From Ylistrum balloti (taxonomy: Eukaryota): 64,000 nucleotides of DNA. Under the pieces are notes generated by a model that had not been told where the DNA came from, searched no databases, and was given only the letters and a program-made list of their open reading frames with translations. The DNA is taken from assembly GCF_031769215.1 (NCBI RefSeq), contig NW_026782173.1:2728001-2792000 (forward strand). Direction: 5' to 3'. Shown in pieces: positions 26,281 through 38,949 of the stretch; positions within the stretch are counted from its first letter, which is position 1, and the number at the start of each line of letters is the position of its first letter. The position numbers and the translations under genes are program-made.

Positions 26281-26430
26281 TCATTCATTATTACAAGTTG
26301 TTGTCATCGATTCATCGCTCAATTTGTCATCGTCAGAATACTTGCTGGATGGCTGATTCATCGAAATTAAACGTACTGTTTCCTTGTCTGATTGCTGCCA
26401 TCTGCGTACCCTGGCATTCAGATTTCCAGA
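26281..26430 (-). CDS. MFSD1-like copy 1 terminal exon 13 (SGNLNARVRRWQQSDKETVRLI...NNE*)
   Basis: tgttttag| acceptor; homologous to the terminal exons at 49173 and 63523. Confidence 0.88.
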   Translation of the reverse strand, partial: SGNLNARVRRWQQSDKETVRLISMNQPSSKYSDDDKLSDESMTTTCNNE

Positions 26431-27507
26431 CTAAAACAGCAAAAACAGGAATAACACGGAGGTTGTATGTAGCTCATTTGGTGACCATTGATAATTCATA
26501 CCCGGTAAAAAAGCATGTCAGTGACCACTCTTATCGTGTAGAATGGAACAAATTGTAGTGATAAATGTTTTATAGTGAAAAGATAGAAGGATACAAAAAA
26601 TACTAGTCGTCCAGGTAGAGAAAGGACGTTTACCTTAAAATGTCCACAACAAGTCGCAACGTGAAGGGGAGGATCTAGGCTCTAGTAATGAAATCACAAT
26701 AGGCAATTCGACAACGAGAAAGAAAACTTTTCAGAGCGAATAGCATGTTTCGCTTATTTAGTCAATAGAAATTTTATTGATATAATGACAATTTCTTACA
26801 AACTCGATTGGTTTAGCGTAAGACTGATAAGCTAGAGGCATTTAAATGCAGTAAAAATGACGATAACAGAGATAAAAATAAAGAAATTAAACGCTTTCAA
26901 ATGAGATTCTGAACAGAATTTAAATTATCCCAAAAATTCTAGTGTTGAGTTTATAATTAATAATAATGATATTCTAGTCATGTGTTTGATTATGGTATAT
27001 CTGTTACTTGCTTTGATTGGATTAGTGGAAAAGATTGATGTTAATCGATATAAAACAAGAGAATCTTACTTTACAATATAAATATATGTGAGATATCAAA
27101 AATACTGAAGGAGAAGACGAAACGTTATCATCTTAAACAATTTATGAGTCAGATGAAAAACTACAACCAACGCCCCTGGAACATTTTAAAGAATGATTAA
27201 CGGCCAATGGGAAAAGGCTATTTTAAATTAATACAGTCAATATTTTGACACATCTTTGAATCAATAATGAAATCTCTGAAAATACAACTTGTGACTATCA
27301 TTCAATTGGGAATGCAGCAAGCTTGAAATCATACAGTTAACACAATAAAACATTTGACGGAGAAAACTTCAAGCCATTTCGTCAATGGCCGACCGTTAGG
27401 GACTGTTTCGAGATATATATCAACTTCTAGAATAAGATGAAGCCTAAAGTAAAAATGTGATACATAAATCGTCGTTCTCTTTGATATTAATATTCATTGT
27501 TATTTAC

Positions 27508-27622
27508 CTTCCGGATATCCAGCAGATTCATCATCATTCCGCAGATCACAGAAATGGCACAAAAGGTTACCAACATAAGGTTAAAATGCTTGTAATTGTG
27601 AAGTGCCTCTTCAGTGTCTGTC
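27508..27622 (-). CDS. MFSD1-like copy 1 exon 12 (TDTEEALHNYKHF...LDIRK)
   Basis: attacag|...AAG|GTAAAT, 115 nt. Confidence 0.88.
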
Positions 27623-28492
27623 CTGTAATAGGTATGACAGTGGACATACATGCAGCATATTTTCTATGCAAAATAAAGTATTATGTTGGTAACATAATTT
27701 CTGATAAAACTAATCTGAATATTGATACATGTAGCTAATTACACAAAGGTCAACTGGAATAAAGCAATACGACACAATACACACACACCAAGAACACAGA
27801 TTTAAAACTATTTAAAAGATTGGTCTATGTAAGAAGTCACAAATGCTATGAAGAAGAGGATATCGCCCAAGAAAATACACCAGAGATTTAGAAGTACAAG
27901 TATTAGCGTTGGTCAAACAAAAGTTTACCCCCACACTGCTTTATTTGTAGAATGAAAACATAGTGGAAGCATAACTCTGACAAAATTTGAGAAATGGAGG
28001 AAAAGCCGCATCAATGGACCTCATCATGTGCTAACTATAACAGCGGAGTTGTAAAATGTAAAGATAATTCTAGGATGGTTTTAAGAAACAGACAGACTGG
28101 CAGATATACATTCTTACATCGTTACAAGTTACACAAATGTAAATATATTCATATGCGAAACACTCTTAGTAACAATGGCCTTTCGTTTCATGTCCCAGGA
28201 ATTAATTTGTATTTTGCTTTTTCAGGGACATTTAGAACAGTTTTGAAAAACGTTACGTATCAGGTTTCGTTTTAACTAGTACATACAAAAATTACAATGT
28301 ACCTGGAATTTGAAGATTTATAAAAAACTAGTCGACACGCAATACAAAACCTGGAATCCTTGATTTATATTTATAAAACATAATCAAGTGGGACTGGTTT
28401 CAGCGAAAATTTCTCATGAAATAATCTGATTTTGTACTTATACTTATTTTGTCATAAACGCTAAGAATGTATCAGCACATTGATGGACTCAC

Positions 28493-28632
28493 TCGCTTTG
28501 TCTCTGTAGTATATATCCCGAGATGATGAAGGTAACCGCTAAAAATGCATTCCTCACTAGGTACATTAATCCTCCAAGTGTTCCTACATGAGAGGCGGGA
28601 CAAAGAATCAAGATGATCTGCCACGATGCCGC
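28493..28632 (-). CDS. MFSD1-like copy 1 exon 11 (AASWQIILILCPASHVGTLGG...QRQS)
   Basis: tttccag|...|GTGAGT, 140 nt. Confidence 0.88.
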
Positions 28633-29031
28633 CTGGAAACACAAGTTGAACGTCAATATTACTTTGAGAACTCGTTACGCAGTCACAACATTCAAGTGAA
28701 TGCAATATATCAAGTCCACGTACGTTAATTGGGGAAATATTTCAGCGCTAAAATCAAAGCTACTGTTCATAACGTAATTGATTTTCATTGAAGAGTAGAA
28801 CAAAATCAAAAGATATAGCCATCATTAAATTATGGTGGATAATTTCACATACTCTGAGATGTTATCATGAAAGACAATGGCCATTGAAAGGTGTAGGAAC
28901 CTATTTTAGAATGTTTTGATAAAACAGGATCAAACTAGGTTCTACTCCGAAAGAAACCACAGTGGAACGAGTCGTAGCTGCAAATCACAGATAACGACTA
29001 GCATTACAGAATACCGCCAATACCTACTTAC

Positions 29032-29171
29032 CGTCAGAGTGCCTAGGCATATTCCATCCGCCAGGGATATGGCTAAAATATTTACAGTTGAACAGAATCC
29101 TAGCAAGGCATAGAAACTAACATCAAGGATTGAAAGAACGTTAGCATTATCCCATCACAGTCAATTTTTGT
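29032..29171 (-). CDS. MFSD1-like copy 1 exon 10, frameshifted (TKIDCDGIML.../FYALLGFCS...GTLT)
   Basis: cttccag|...|GTAAGT; 140 nt versus 141 nt in copy 2; homology switches frame near 29114-29118; premature TAG at 29100-29102. Confidence 0.85.
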
Positions 29172-29541
29172 CTGGAAGGAATAAATGTTTGTACTTGGTC
29201 AACTACATCTGACCAATACATCATAAAGTTTGACGTTTGTTCAAATTAATGGTAACTTTAGATTATACAAAAAATATTTCTAAGCGAGAGGCAAGACACA
29301 TTTAACTTCAAGCCAGTGTTAATTCATATTGTTTAAAGTTCTATAACTGATCATGATCATTTAAGGAGAAAATTCCCTTATATGCGAGGTAAGATCATTG
29401 AAATAACTAAATCCAATTTTGATTTCTTTTCATAAACATTTCATAGTTCAAGTATAGTAATATCAATATAGGATAAAATGTTAAAGACACCTTCTTAGGT
29501 TATCTAATGGCAGTGAAAGGTCATGCAGTACATGTACATAC

Positions 29542-29647
29542 CAGTATAAAACAAATGAAGGGACTTAGCAGGAGAATGGTTGGAGATGCACCGGTGATAC
29601 GACTCGCATCTGTCATGGTATATCCGTATCGTAGCATCAAGTAGTTA
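29542..29647 (-). CDS. MFSD1-like copy 1 exon 9 (NYLMLRYGYTMTDASRITG...FIL)
   Basis: ttttcag|...|GTATGT, 106 nt. Confidence 0.9.
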
Positions 29648-30179
29648 CTGAAAATATATAACTTCTGGTATAATGTTATATTAGATTTCTGTCCTGAGGT
29701 CTTTCAGCATGAACGTATAATGTTCAACGATCAATGTAAACCTTTTGATAATTATATATATTGGGCCATATGTTAGGGGCCATGGATATCAATTAGAAAA
29801 TTTTAATCAAAGTCGATTTTTCCTGTTTGTAAAAATATACTTTGTCGTATTCGTTGCAGTGTCTCCTCACACACTCAACTTAACGGTAACCCGGTTTACC
29901 CTTGGTACCCTGAACTCAAACAAAACACAAGTTTGCTTTGTCACCTAAAACACGTGTACTACTGATAAATCATACAACTGCTCATACTTTATCTAAAAAG
30001 TAGGACGACAAAAATAAACAAATGGTTAAAGATGGCAAGCTTTCGGGATGGTTCAAGGTGATAGGATATACAGGCAAGTAGCTGCATGTTTTCATGTCAG
30101 CAATTCTTTTATTTCTCGGGTAATGCTGCGTTTGAACCAAACAAGAAATTTTGACTAGCATTCAAGGGCTGGCAGACTT

Positions 30180-30545
30180 CGAAAAACTACAGATAGAGAA
30201 GATAGACTTCTGTGAAGACAGACATTGCATTGAAGGCATTAACTTATAAAACTGCAATGTGCTAGTGCTGCCCGGACATGGAATATTAGGTCTTGGTGAA
30301 GCGTCCTTTGGTATTCAGAAAGCTGGTTTCTACTCTAGCATAAGGCAGGATCCGCATTTGAATACCAATAAATACGACAATACATCATTCACATTCTTGT
30401 CGAGACAGCATTTGGTGATGACTTTGTTACTGAGTGGGGATGCTAATTTCTAAGCATTGCCGCACACCTTGACGGAACTTTAAATGGGCAAAGGTATCGT
30501 GACTTGATCTGTCGACCTTTAGTTGTTCCACATTTCGGTGCCTAT
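30180..30545 (+). mobile_element. Tc1/mariner transposase remnant in copy 1 intron 8
   Basis: Broken frames read W*SVLWYSESWFLL (cf. WxxVLFSDESxF), FGDDFVTEWGC (cf. FGGGSVMVWGC) and GTLNGQRYRDLICRPLVVPHF. Confidence 0.7.
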
Positions 30546-30618
30546 CCTAACACAGACCCCGTCTGAATAAGTAAAAATAAGAAGAGTTCCAGAGGCTTAC
30601 AGTATTACCAAACATTAA

Positions 30619-31121
30619 AGGGGTATACATACAAACTTTTGGTTCTAATTTACGTTTGAAAACAACTTTGCGCAATATTTTATTTTTCCTGTATCCCGGG
30701 ATTCATGAACTTTCCGCAATTACCAAAATTTACAAGTTACGCTACCAATTTGTTTAGTTTGATTTAAGAATAAGCGCCGGGACGCGATATATTCTGTAAA
30801 GTTGTGGGCGGCGAAGAAGCAACCAAATCTCGGGCATGCGCATATCGCGCACGTGCTAATAAAGAAGAACACTGTCGCGTTCAGCCATTTTCTGCAGCAG
30901 GTGGCTGTGCAACTGTTGTGACTGCGCATGTCCCTCGTGCCAAATCCCGCGATCGGTTTTGATTGCCAGTTCATCAGCAGATTTTTTAATTGCGTAAATA
31001 AATGTGTTAGAGTTTCTTTGATTGTTTATAATATTAATGAATATTCTCTTTTAATAATTTTCTAATCGTAGTTTAATTCATTATCCGTTTGAGAGACCTT
31101 TCAGTTGGAATGTATACCCCT
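30619..31121. mobile_element. Non-autonomous DNA transposon with TTAA TSD (Kolobok-like)
   Basis: TTAA|AGGGGTATACA ... TGTATACCCCT|TTAA: perfect 11-bp TIRs and TTAA flanks. Confidence 0.8.
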
Positions 31122-31571
31122 TTAAGCATTTGTGTGAATATCGCGGACAATACGTCAATGAACGATCCAAAATACCAATAAAATGGAGAATCACTGACTG
31201 CATTGTTTCAGAAGTGGACAGATTTCCTCAGAACAAGCTTCGGTGTCCAGCCAATGGTATGAGACGGCGGGCCTAGTCATGGGCCAAGTAAACACAGAGG
31301 ATATATACATATCAATGTTTTGATTTACTATGGATAACATTATTGTCGATAGATTCAATGGAAACCTCAATTCGCTCCTTACCCTCAATTTGCTTTTGGC
31401 TAAAGGTCGAAAATGGAACCGGGAGGAAAACAGACTTCAGCGTGTTAAAAAAGAAAACAACGTATTAACTATTGCAATATCAATTTATGGGAAAAAGATT
31501 GGTATCTGCAAAAGGTGAAAATAATATCAGGACTATAACTATTTTTGAATCGTTTTATTTAGTTTTCTTAC

Positions 31572-31672
31572 GAAAGATTGGCTTGCTTGACGTTCCAACA
31601 ACTGGATGAGAATCCTACATACAGTACAAGCAGCCAGAAGGATCCCGGAAGTTCCCGTAACTCAGTCAGCGT
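31572..31672 (-). CDS. MFSD1-like copy 1 exon 8 (TLTELRELPGSFWLL...KQANL)
   Basis: ctcgtag|...|GTAAGA, 101 nt. Confidence 0.9.
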
Positions 31673-32008
31673 CTACGAGAAAATGCAACAAATCACGGTT
31701 TGTCCAAAACATCTACATAACCACTATCATCGTTTATGGTAAGCTAGGAAATGAACTAAACAAAGTAGATACGGAGATTTTGCATGACCGAGAAAAATTA
31801 ATGAGGTATATCATGATGTTCTGATCCTTAAGATGCAATACGACTCTTCGAAATAAACTTTCCCATCGCTAAACCAAAACAAAAAACCAAAAAAACAAAA
31901 AACGATTGATTAATAGAAAATAGTTGTATTTTTATGTTTTAGATTTTTATCTGGTATTTGATCTGAAGCAGCGGTGTCACAACATAATATAAAGATATAA
32001 ATTTTTAC

Positions 32009-32115
32009 CATTGTTTTGTTTTTATCCTTGTCCTCTGCTGTTATTGATGGTTGTAGGTGTAAAAGGAAAGCTAAGCCGACAGCACATAACATCGATAATC
32101 CACAGGATACTGGCC
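32009..32115 (-). CDS. MFSD1-like copy 1 exon 7 (PVSCGLSMLCAVGLAFLLHL...KTM)
   Basis: ctacag|...|GTAAAA, 107 nt. Confidence 0.88.
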
Positions 32116-32411
32116 CTGTAGAAGTTATAATACCTAAATCACAAAGACATTTGTGTGAAGGATATTTTGTTTTACGTATTCAGAACTTTCGAAGTCAGTT
32201 AATGTCCCTTGTGCTTCACTTTGACCAATCTTTCTAATTAAACCCTCCTCTGTTAGTGGTCTTCTCAGACGTGTTTATATGACAAATGGTATCCTTTACC
32301 GTAATGATTGAGGAATAACACACTGCTATGTAAAGCTTGGTGGCTTATGCTTACTCAATAAGAAAGTCATCAAAAATACACTAGAATATCTTAATACCAC
32401 CTGCTACATAC

Positions 32412-32564
32412 CTAGCCATAACGCAGGCATCAGGCCCAGACAAGTGGCAATATAAGGCGTCACATAGAGACTTATACCCTGTCCGCAATATCCTAATGAG
32501 GCAAATGCTAACGCGGTAAATGTGGCTTCTGGAAAACAATGGGCGACAACTCTTGCCTGCACCA
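32412..32564 (-). CDS. MFSD1-like copy 1 exon 6 (VQARVVAHCFPE...MPALWL)
   Basis: tccgcag|...G|GTATGT, 153 nt; 31/50 aa identical to the copy 2 exon. Confidence 0.9.
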
Positions 32565-32730
32565 CTGCGGATAAAATTTGCAACCAGATTAAAATGAACA
32601 AATTTAGATAAATTCTTTGTGTTTTAGATTATGACAACTGATTTAGAAAGTACATATAAACATTGTGTTTTATTGGTTTACGTAATCATGATGCGGTTCA
32701 AAATAATAATAATAAAAAAAGAAACATAAT

Positions 32731-32781
32731 AACCTGAGACAAACATCGTAACCTGAGACAAACATCGTAACCTGAGACAAA
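32731..32781. repeat. 19-bp tandem repeat, about 2.7 copies
   Basis: aacctgagacaaacatcgt at 32731, 32750 and 32769. Confidence 0.9.
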
Positions 32782-32876
32782 TGAGTCTACGTCATATTCT
32801 GAACATATCTAGAAATTAAAAAGTGAAATACAGAATAAAATGACAAGGCTGGTAGTAAAACATCTTAGATATGTAC

Positions 32877-33026
32877 AGCGGAGGGACATGTCTCCGAACG
32901 CCAACATGCCGTATCCACTCGCCATCAAAATGTACATAGGAGTTGTCACTGGAGCAATGGACATGGATCCCACCGCGAACAGGACTGAGCCTAACATCGA
33001 CAGTGTACTAAAAAGGACTGCAGAAC
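32877..33026 (-). CDS. MFSD1-like copy 1 exon 5 (SAVLFSTLSMLGS...AFGDMSLR)
   Basis: tgttttag|...T|GTACAT, 150 nt, same length as 54904-55053. Confidence 0.88.
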
Positions 33027-33263
33027 CTAAAACAAACACAATAATATTGATAGTATTTATGAGAAATTTATATATCATGTTCTTGTCAGAATACCAGGGG
33101 TTTGTAACCATTACGGATTCTTTAGATAGGCCACTGACAAGGACTTGGTCATTGTAACACGTGAGCTGTGTAGTTTCATCCATTCAACATTACCGGGAAA
33201 TACAAGTGAACCGTCGCAGACGTCGGTGCATGACATTACGACGATGATCAATGTCATAATGAT

Positions 33264-33598
33264 ATCATATACAAGACAACTAGTTTGTGCACTGAATGGG
33301 AAATTGAAAAAGAACAAATTGTTGTAATTGACATTGTAAGGGAATTTGCTTCGATTGACAAATGTTTCCATAGGTAATATCGTCGATGAAGTAAGAGACA
33401 CTCATCTATACGGAACATATTATCTGATCTGTAACCAAATCATATACAAGACAACTAGTTTGTGCACTGAATGGGAAATTGAAAAAGAACAAATTGTTGT
33501 AATTGACATTGTAAGGGAATTTGCTTCGATTGACAAATGTTTCCATAGGTAATATCGTCGATGAAGTAAGAGACACTCATCTATACGGAACATATTAT
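33264..33598. repeat. Identical 160-bp tandem duplication with a 15-nt junction insert
   Basis: 33264-33423 equals 33439-33598. Confidence 0.95.
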
Positions 33599-33759
33599 TT
33601 TCTTTTGCTTTTTAGGAACCCTTTCTTTCACTGGTTCCTCGTTTAAATGAATATGAATTTTAATTCGGTTGGAATATCAGTATTTCTTTGTTGTTATAGC
33701 ATGTTCCGTTGAAGAGTCACACCATGATATCTATCATTACCATGATCATTGTCATAATC

Positions 33760-34436
33760 ATTAGGAACCAGGCCTATGACCTTGAAGATTAACAACAAAA
33801 TCTTAACTGTTCTCCAACATCGTTAGGAACCAAGTCACAGACATTACAGATTGACAACAATAACTCAACTATTCTCTAACATCGTTAGGAACCAAGTCGC
33901 GGACATTGCAGATTGACAACAAAATCTCAGCTATTCTCCAACATCGTTAGGAACCATGTTACGGACATTACAGAGTGACATCCAAATCCCGACCATTGTC
34001 AAACATCATTAGGAACCATGTCGCGGATATTACCGATTGACAACAAAATCTTAACTATTCTCCAACATCGTTTGGGAACAAAGTCACGGACATTACAGAT
34101 TGACAACAAAATCTCAACTACTTTCTAACATCGTTAGGGAACCAAGTCACAGACATCACAGATTGACAACAAAAACTCAACTATTCTCTAACATCGTTAG
34201 CAACCAAGTCACGGACATTACAGTTTGACAACAAGATCTCAACTATTCTCCAACAACGTTAGGAACCAAGTCAAGGACATTACAAATTGACAACAAAATC
34301 TGAACTATTCTCCAACACCCTTAGTAACCAACTCACGGACATTGCAGATCGACAACAAAATCTCAGCTATTCTCCAACATCGTTAGGAACCATGTTACGG
34401 ACATTACAGAGTGACAACCAAATCCCGACCATTGTT
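33760..34436. repeat. 62-bp minisatellite, about 11 copies
   Basis: ttaggaaccaagtcacggacattacagattgacaacaaaatctcaactattctccaacatcg. Confidence 0.95.
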
Positions 34437-34687
34437 CCGATTGTAAGGAACTGTTGATTGACAAAATCGTATGACTATCGTTTTCACCACTTGGCGGGTA
34501 ACTATTGAATGATGCAACACTATATTCGGAAACTAAACCTACATGTACATCAAAGTGGTAATTTGGAAGCCTTCCTATAATTAACTACGTCATTTTAACC
34601 ATAAGATATTAATTAAAAATATTTGGTACGGCGTGCTCTCTTTATAAGGCACTTGTTAAATGCACATTATGCAGCTTTTGTACTTAC

Positions 34688-34743
34688 GACCGTTGCCTAG
34701 TTTGTCGAGTATGATCCCTGACGGTAGACACACTGCCACTGAT
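34688..34743 (-). CDS. MFSD1-like copy 1 exon 4 (SVAVCLPSGIILDKLGNG)
   Basis: ggttacag|...|GTAAGT, 56 nt, MFS motif-A-like DKLG. Confidence 0.9.
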
Positions 34744-36952
34744 CTGTAACCAAATCATTGAATGATGTTCATTTTAACATGTCATTATAATTAAACATTA
34801 AACTATTCACCATTTTGTTATCATAACCAGTTTGTATTTTCACACTATTTTACTCAATATCCCTTGATTAAAACTGCTTGATATATGATAATGGAATAAA
34901 TGAAAAGGCACAAAAAATGATAAGGAGTTAAACTTGATAGTGACTTTTAACCTTGACTGCTTACTGCTGTAAATAATCTGGTGAAGAACTTGTAAATTGA
35001 TGTTGTGATAGCGTGACTATGCAGTTAATCTGATCTGTTTCCTTTGGATATATTGTACACAAATTTTATGCGACGATGCACACATGTTTCTGTAGATTGG
35101 TTTACTTCATACATTCTCTGAAGGTAATATTAATGTAAACTGTAACAGGATGGAAAGGATTTCAGCCATATTGTAAAGCTCGCTAACAATTCTATGGTTT
35201 TCTACTTATTATATTCTGTTTAAAAAGTCCAAGAATATGAAACCCTTGATGAAGTACAAAAAATCCAATTGAACGCAATGCTATTATTATTGTCCGACAG
35301 AATTTGCTCACAAAGTTTTTTTTTTTTTTTTGTATTTAGATTAAAAACGTATTAATTGCAAAAAAAGTTAAAACATATCTTGTTTACATTACAGCAGAAA
35401 GATAAAAGTACCGCTCTAAACTGACCATACTGAAAGTGTTATCTTGAAAGGGATATTTTTAAGTCATGCCTATACTGGAGATGTACTTGGTAGTGTGAAG
35501 CGTTTTAAACAAAGTCATAGTTCCTAATGCTTCAATAGTGCAATATCCAATAATTAAGGAAGGTTGAAATCTTTCGTAATAATTGTTATTATTGTTATTG
35601 ACTAGAACCGGTGCATAAGTTCATAAATGATATGGTGGGCAATAGAACTGATGCTAATGTATTTAGTATATCATTATCATACCTTTGAATAATAATATGA
35701 CAAGTGGATATGTTTTTATATATGTCTTGCATCTCTTCCGGCTTAATGTCTGATGTGTTCATACACTATGGACCACATGACCAGTACACTACTGAGTGTA
35801 TAAAGGACATGATGCTGATAAATAGGCATTATTTTTAATAAATTCCCAAAAAGAAACTGCTCAGATTATGACTGGAATCAATATAGACTATAAATGACCT
35901 AATATGGAAATTGTCTCCCTTACACCAAATGATATAGATAGCTTAGCTATGGTATAATATGATATGCATATATGTAATCAAATAGGCTCATCGTGATGTC
36001 TATTCGTTTGATACGGAAAATGTCAATATATTCATTAAGCTTGAAACTGAAATGGTACAACAGCAAAATTATAAAGATTTAAGTGCTACACACTAGGAAA
36101 ACCTGAGCATAAAATTTTACTTAAATTGATACTGATTTTATTGTAGAGCTCTTTTTTTAATGAATATCGAATATTAGATATTAAAACAGCTACTGTTTGT
36201 CCTTCAACATAAGACGTGTATAGATTTTTTTTATCAATAATGGAAAACGAAATAAAGTATTTGGTTTTACATACAGGAATTCTAAATGTGAAAAAAAAAT
36301 TAAAACTTTTCATCAATGATTTGCAAAAAATATTTAAAACTTAATTAGAAAATTTACATAATGTAGTATAGTTGGCAAAACATTAAATACAAACACAATG
36401 ATGAAAACAACAACAATGATGATATACTGTATGTCACAGAGCTACAGAGCCATTCCAATAAGAACTAATGTACTAATAGATTCTTCTTAATTTTTCTCAA
36501 TCAATAAGCTTTTCTTTTTTATTTCACTTCAGAGTTGTTGTTAAACTTTGTTGTATTGCCTATCTGAATACGTGATAAAATGTAGGTTTATTTTTCCGTG
36601 AGATAATTAGTTTGATGTAAATTTGATGTGTTGCTTCATACAAGATGCAATCTAAGTTTTTGTTGAACGTTGAATTATCTTACTTACATAAATGAATCAC
36701 TAAACCTTGGTTTTTCTTAATTATCATTATTTTTCATTTTTTATGTTATAACTTAATCTAAAATCTATTTCTTGGCATAATACATATAACATTTTGTCTT
36801 GAGAGAAACCTGGAAAATAAGCCTTTAATTGTGCAAACAATAAACAGTATTGCAGGAAGAGAACAACGATATAATTGACAAAATATTGATACGAGGTAAA
36901 TATTTTGATATTAAGACTCTCGTTATAGTTACACATTGCATCACATACTTAC

Positions 36953-37059
36953 GCCCATCTTGTTACGGAGAAGAGTAGGTTATAACGGACTTCTCCGAGG
37001 GCAAGACACACTTTACAGTTAATATGGTGTCCCGTATTGTTTGCTCCTGTGTTGGAATA
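36953..37059 (-). CDS. MFSD1-like copy 1 exon 3 (YSNTGANNTGHHINCKVCLALGEVRYNLLFSVTRW)
   Basis: tttacag|...|GTAAGT, 107 nt; homologous to 55905-56011. Confidence 0.9.
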
Positions 37060-37064
37060 CTGTA

Positions 37065-38906
37065 AATAAATTGACAAAATATTTTTGTACTAAACTTTGT
37101 CAACATATTCCTAATATAATGACCAGTACAAAGGGTATTGTCACTGACACACGGAGTGTACGAGATGGTATGGAATCTATCGACTTTTTTGGCTGTGTTA
37201 AAATCATATATACACTAAGGTGGACAAGATGGTAAAAAGTTAATGTTAATATTCGTACATTTGCTTCTGAGAAACTTTGTGGTGATACTTTTTCTATACC
37301 ACAAATAGATGTTTCCTTTGATGTTAAGTACTTCAAGGCGTTAGACAGTAGAGCAGCTACTGGTTTAGATAACGTTAGTACCTTATTTTTGAAACACTGT
37401 ATTGATAATGTGGCTCCAGTTTTGTGTAAAATTATGAATCATTGCATTGAAACTTGCACATTTCCTTCTGTATGGAAAAAATGCAAAAGTATGTCCACTT
37501 TTTAAAAAGGGTGAAAAAGAACTAGTTTCTAATTACAGACCAATATCTGTGCTTCCAGTGTTATCAAAATGTCTTGAGAGGCATGTTCATATCCATTTTT
37601 ATGACTTTTTAACAAAATATAACTTGTTGTTAGAAAAACAGTCAGGTTTCAGACCTCGTCACTCATGCCAAACAGCCTTAACTAACATTACAAACTCGTG
37701 GTATGAAGCCATTGATAAAGGTTTTCTTACAGGTATTCTATTCCATGATTTTCCCAAGGCGTTTGACTTGGTCAACCACAAAGTCTTATTACAAAAGCTA
37801 CAATCTTATGGCTGTTCTGACAATGCATTAACATTTTTCAAATCTTTCCTTCTTGATCGTTTTCAAACTAGAAATTTTAAGAGTACATTAAGTGATAGTC
37901 AGCAGCTTACTGTTGGCGTACCTCAGGGACCATTGATGTTCATTTTGTACGTTAATGATTATTCTCTATTGAACAAACACTGTACCTCCAATATGTATGC
38001 TGACGATACCTCAGTTGAGTGCAGTGATAAGTCCATTGATGTTATAAGTGACAAACTGTGTATAAGTACTGAGAAAACAAAATCCATGTTGATTGGCAAT
38101 TACCAACGTAAGAGCAGACAAAGTCGGCAATTAAATATTGTGTCACTGTAGATGATTGTTTGTCTTGAAATACCCAAGTTAACATTGTGTACAAAAAACT
38201 GTCTTTTTATATTTTTTAAATGAAACGTTTGAGAGTGTTCCTTAGCCAGTCTTCCTGTTTAACATACTTTTAACTGTTTTGTAAATCCACACTTTAACTA
38301 TTGTGTACATATCTGGGGCAATACTTCACATAATAATATAGCCAAGCTAGGAAAACTCCAGAAAAGAGCTGCTAGGATTATCTTGAAGTGTGATTTCAAT
38401 ACGTCGTCCAGTGACATGTATAAGAAGCTGAACTGGTTACCTTTTACAAAGAGAGTGATGTACAACCAATCAGTTTTAATGTACAAGGTTTTACATGGTC
38501 TGGCTCCCCAGTATCTGTACAATTTTAGGTATACTGATGTCCAGTCCAGATTTACTAGATCATCATCTAATAACATATTCTATCTACCTGCTTTTAAGAC
38601 TGCATTGTATAAGAAATCTTTTACCTATCAGGGACAATATACCTGGAATATTTTACCAGATTCCGTGAGAAACGCATCATCACTTTTATCTTTTAAACAA
38701 AGTGCCAAAAAGTTTTTTATGGACTCCTCTTAATTTGCTGTGGATTCTTTAACTGATGCACTTTTTTCTTAAATGTTTCTCTATTTTATGTACATTTTGT
38801 AATTATTGTACATTTTATGTATACTTGACCAGAAGGTAGACGAGTCTTTGACTCATTCTGTTATCAAAAATAAATAAAGACTTTTATTATTATTATTATT
38901 ATTATT
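37065..38906 (+). mobile_element. 5'-truncated, decayed CR1/L2-type LINE, antisense in copy 1 intron 2
   Basis: RT motifs PLFKKG, NYRPISVLPVLSKCLER, QSGFR, DFPKAFDLV, GVPQG, MYADDT; C-terminal LNWLPF...TWNILP; 3' UTR hairpin GAGTC-TTT-GACTC, AATAAA and (ATT)n tail at about 38885-38906. Confidence 0.93.
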
Positions 38907-38949
38907 TTAAAACGTGCACAAAATAATAATTCAACTTCACCATACTTAC

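Noticed and set aside
33027-33401. ORF extensions upstream of copy 1 exon 5 (SYFIDDI..., YNNLFF...) first read as MFSD1 TM1/TM2
   Set aside because: The true exons 2-4 were found at 39056, 37059 and 34743 with exact paralogous lengths; this region is intron.
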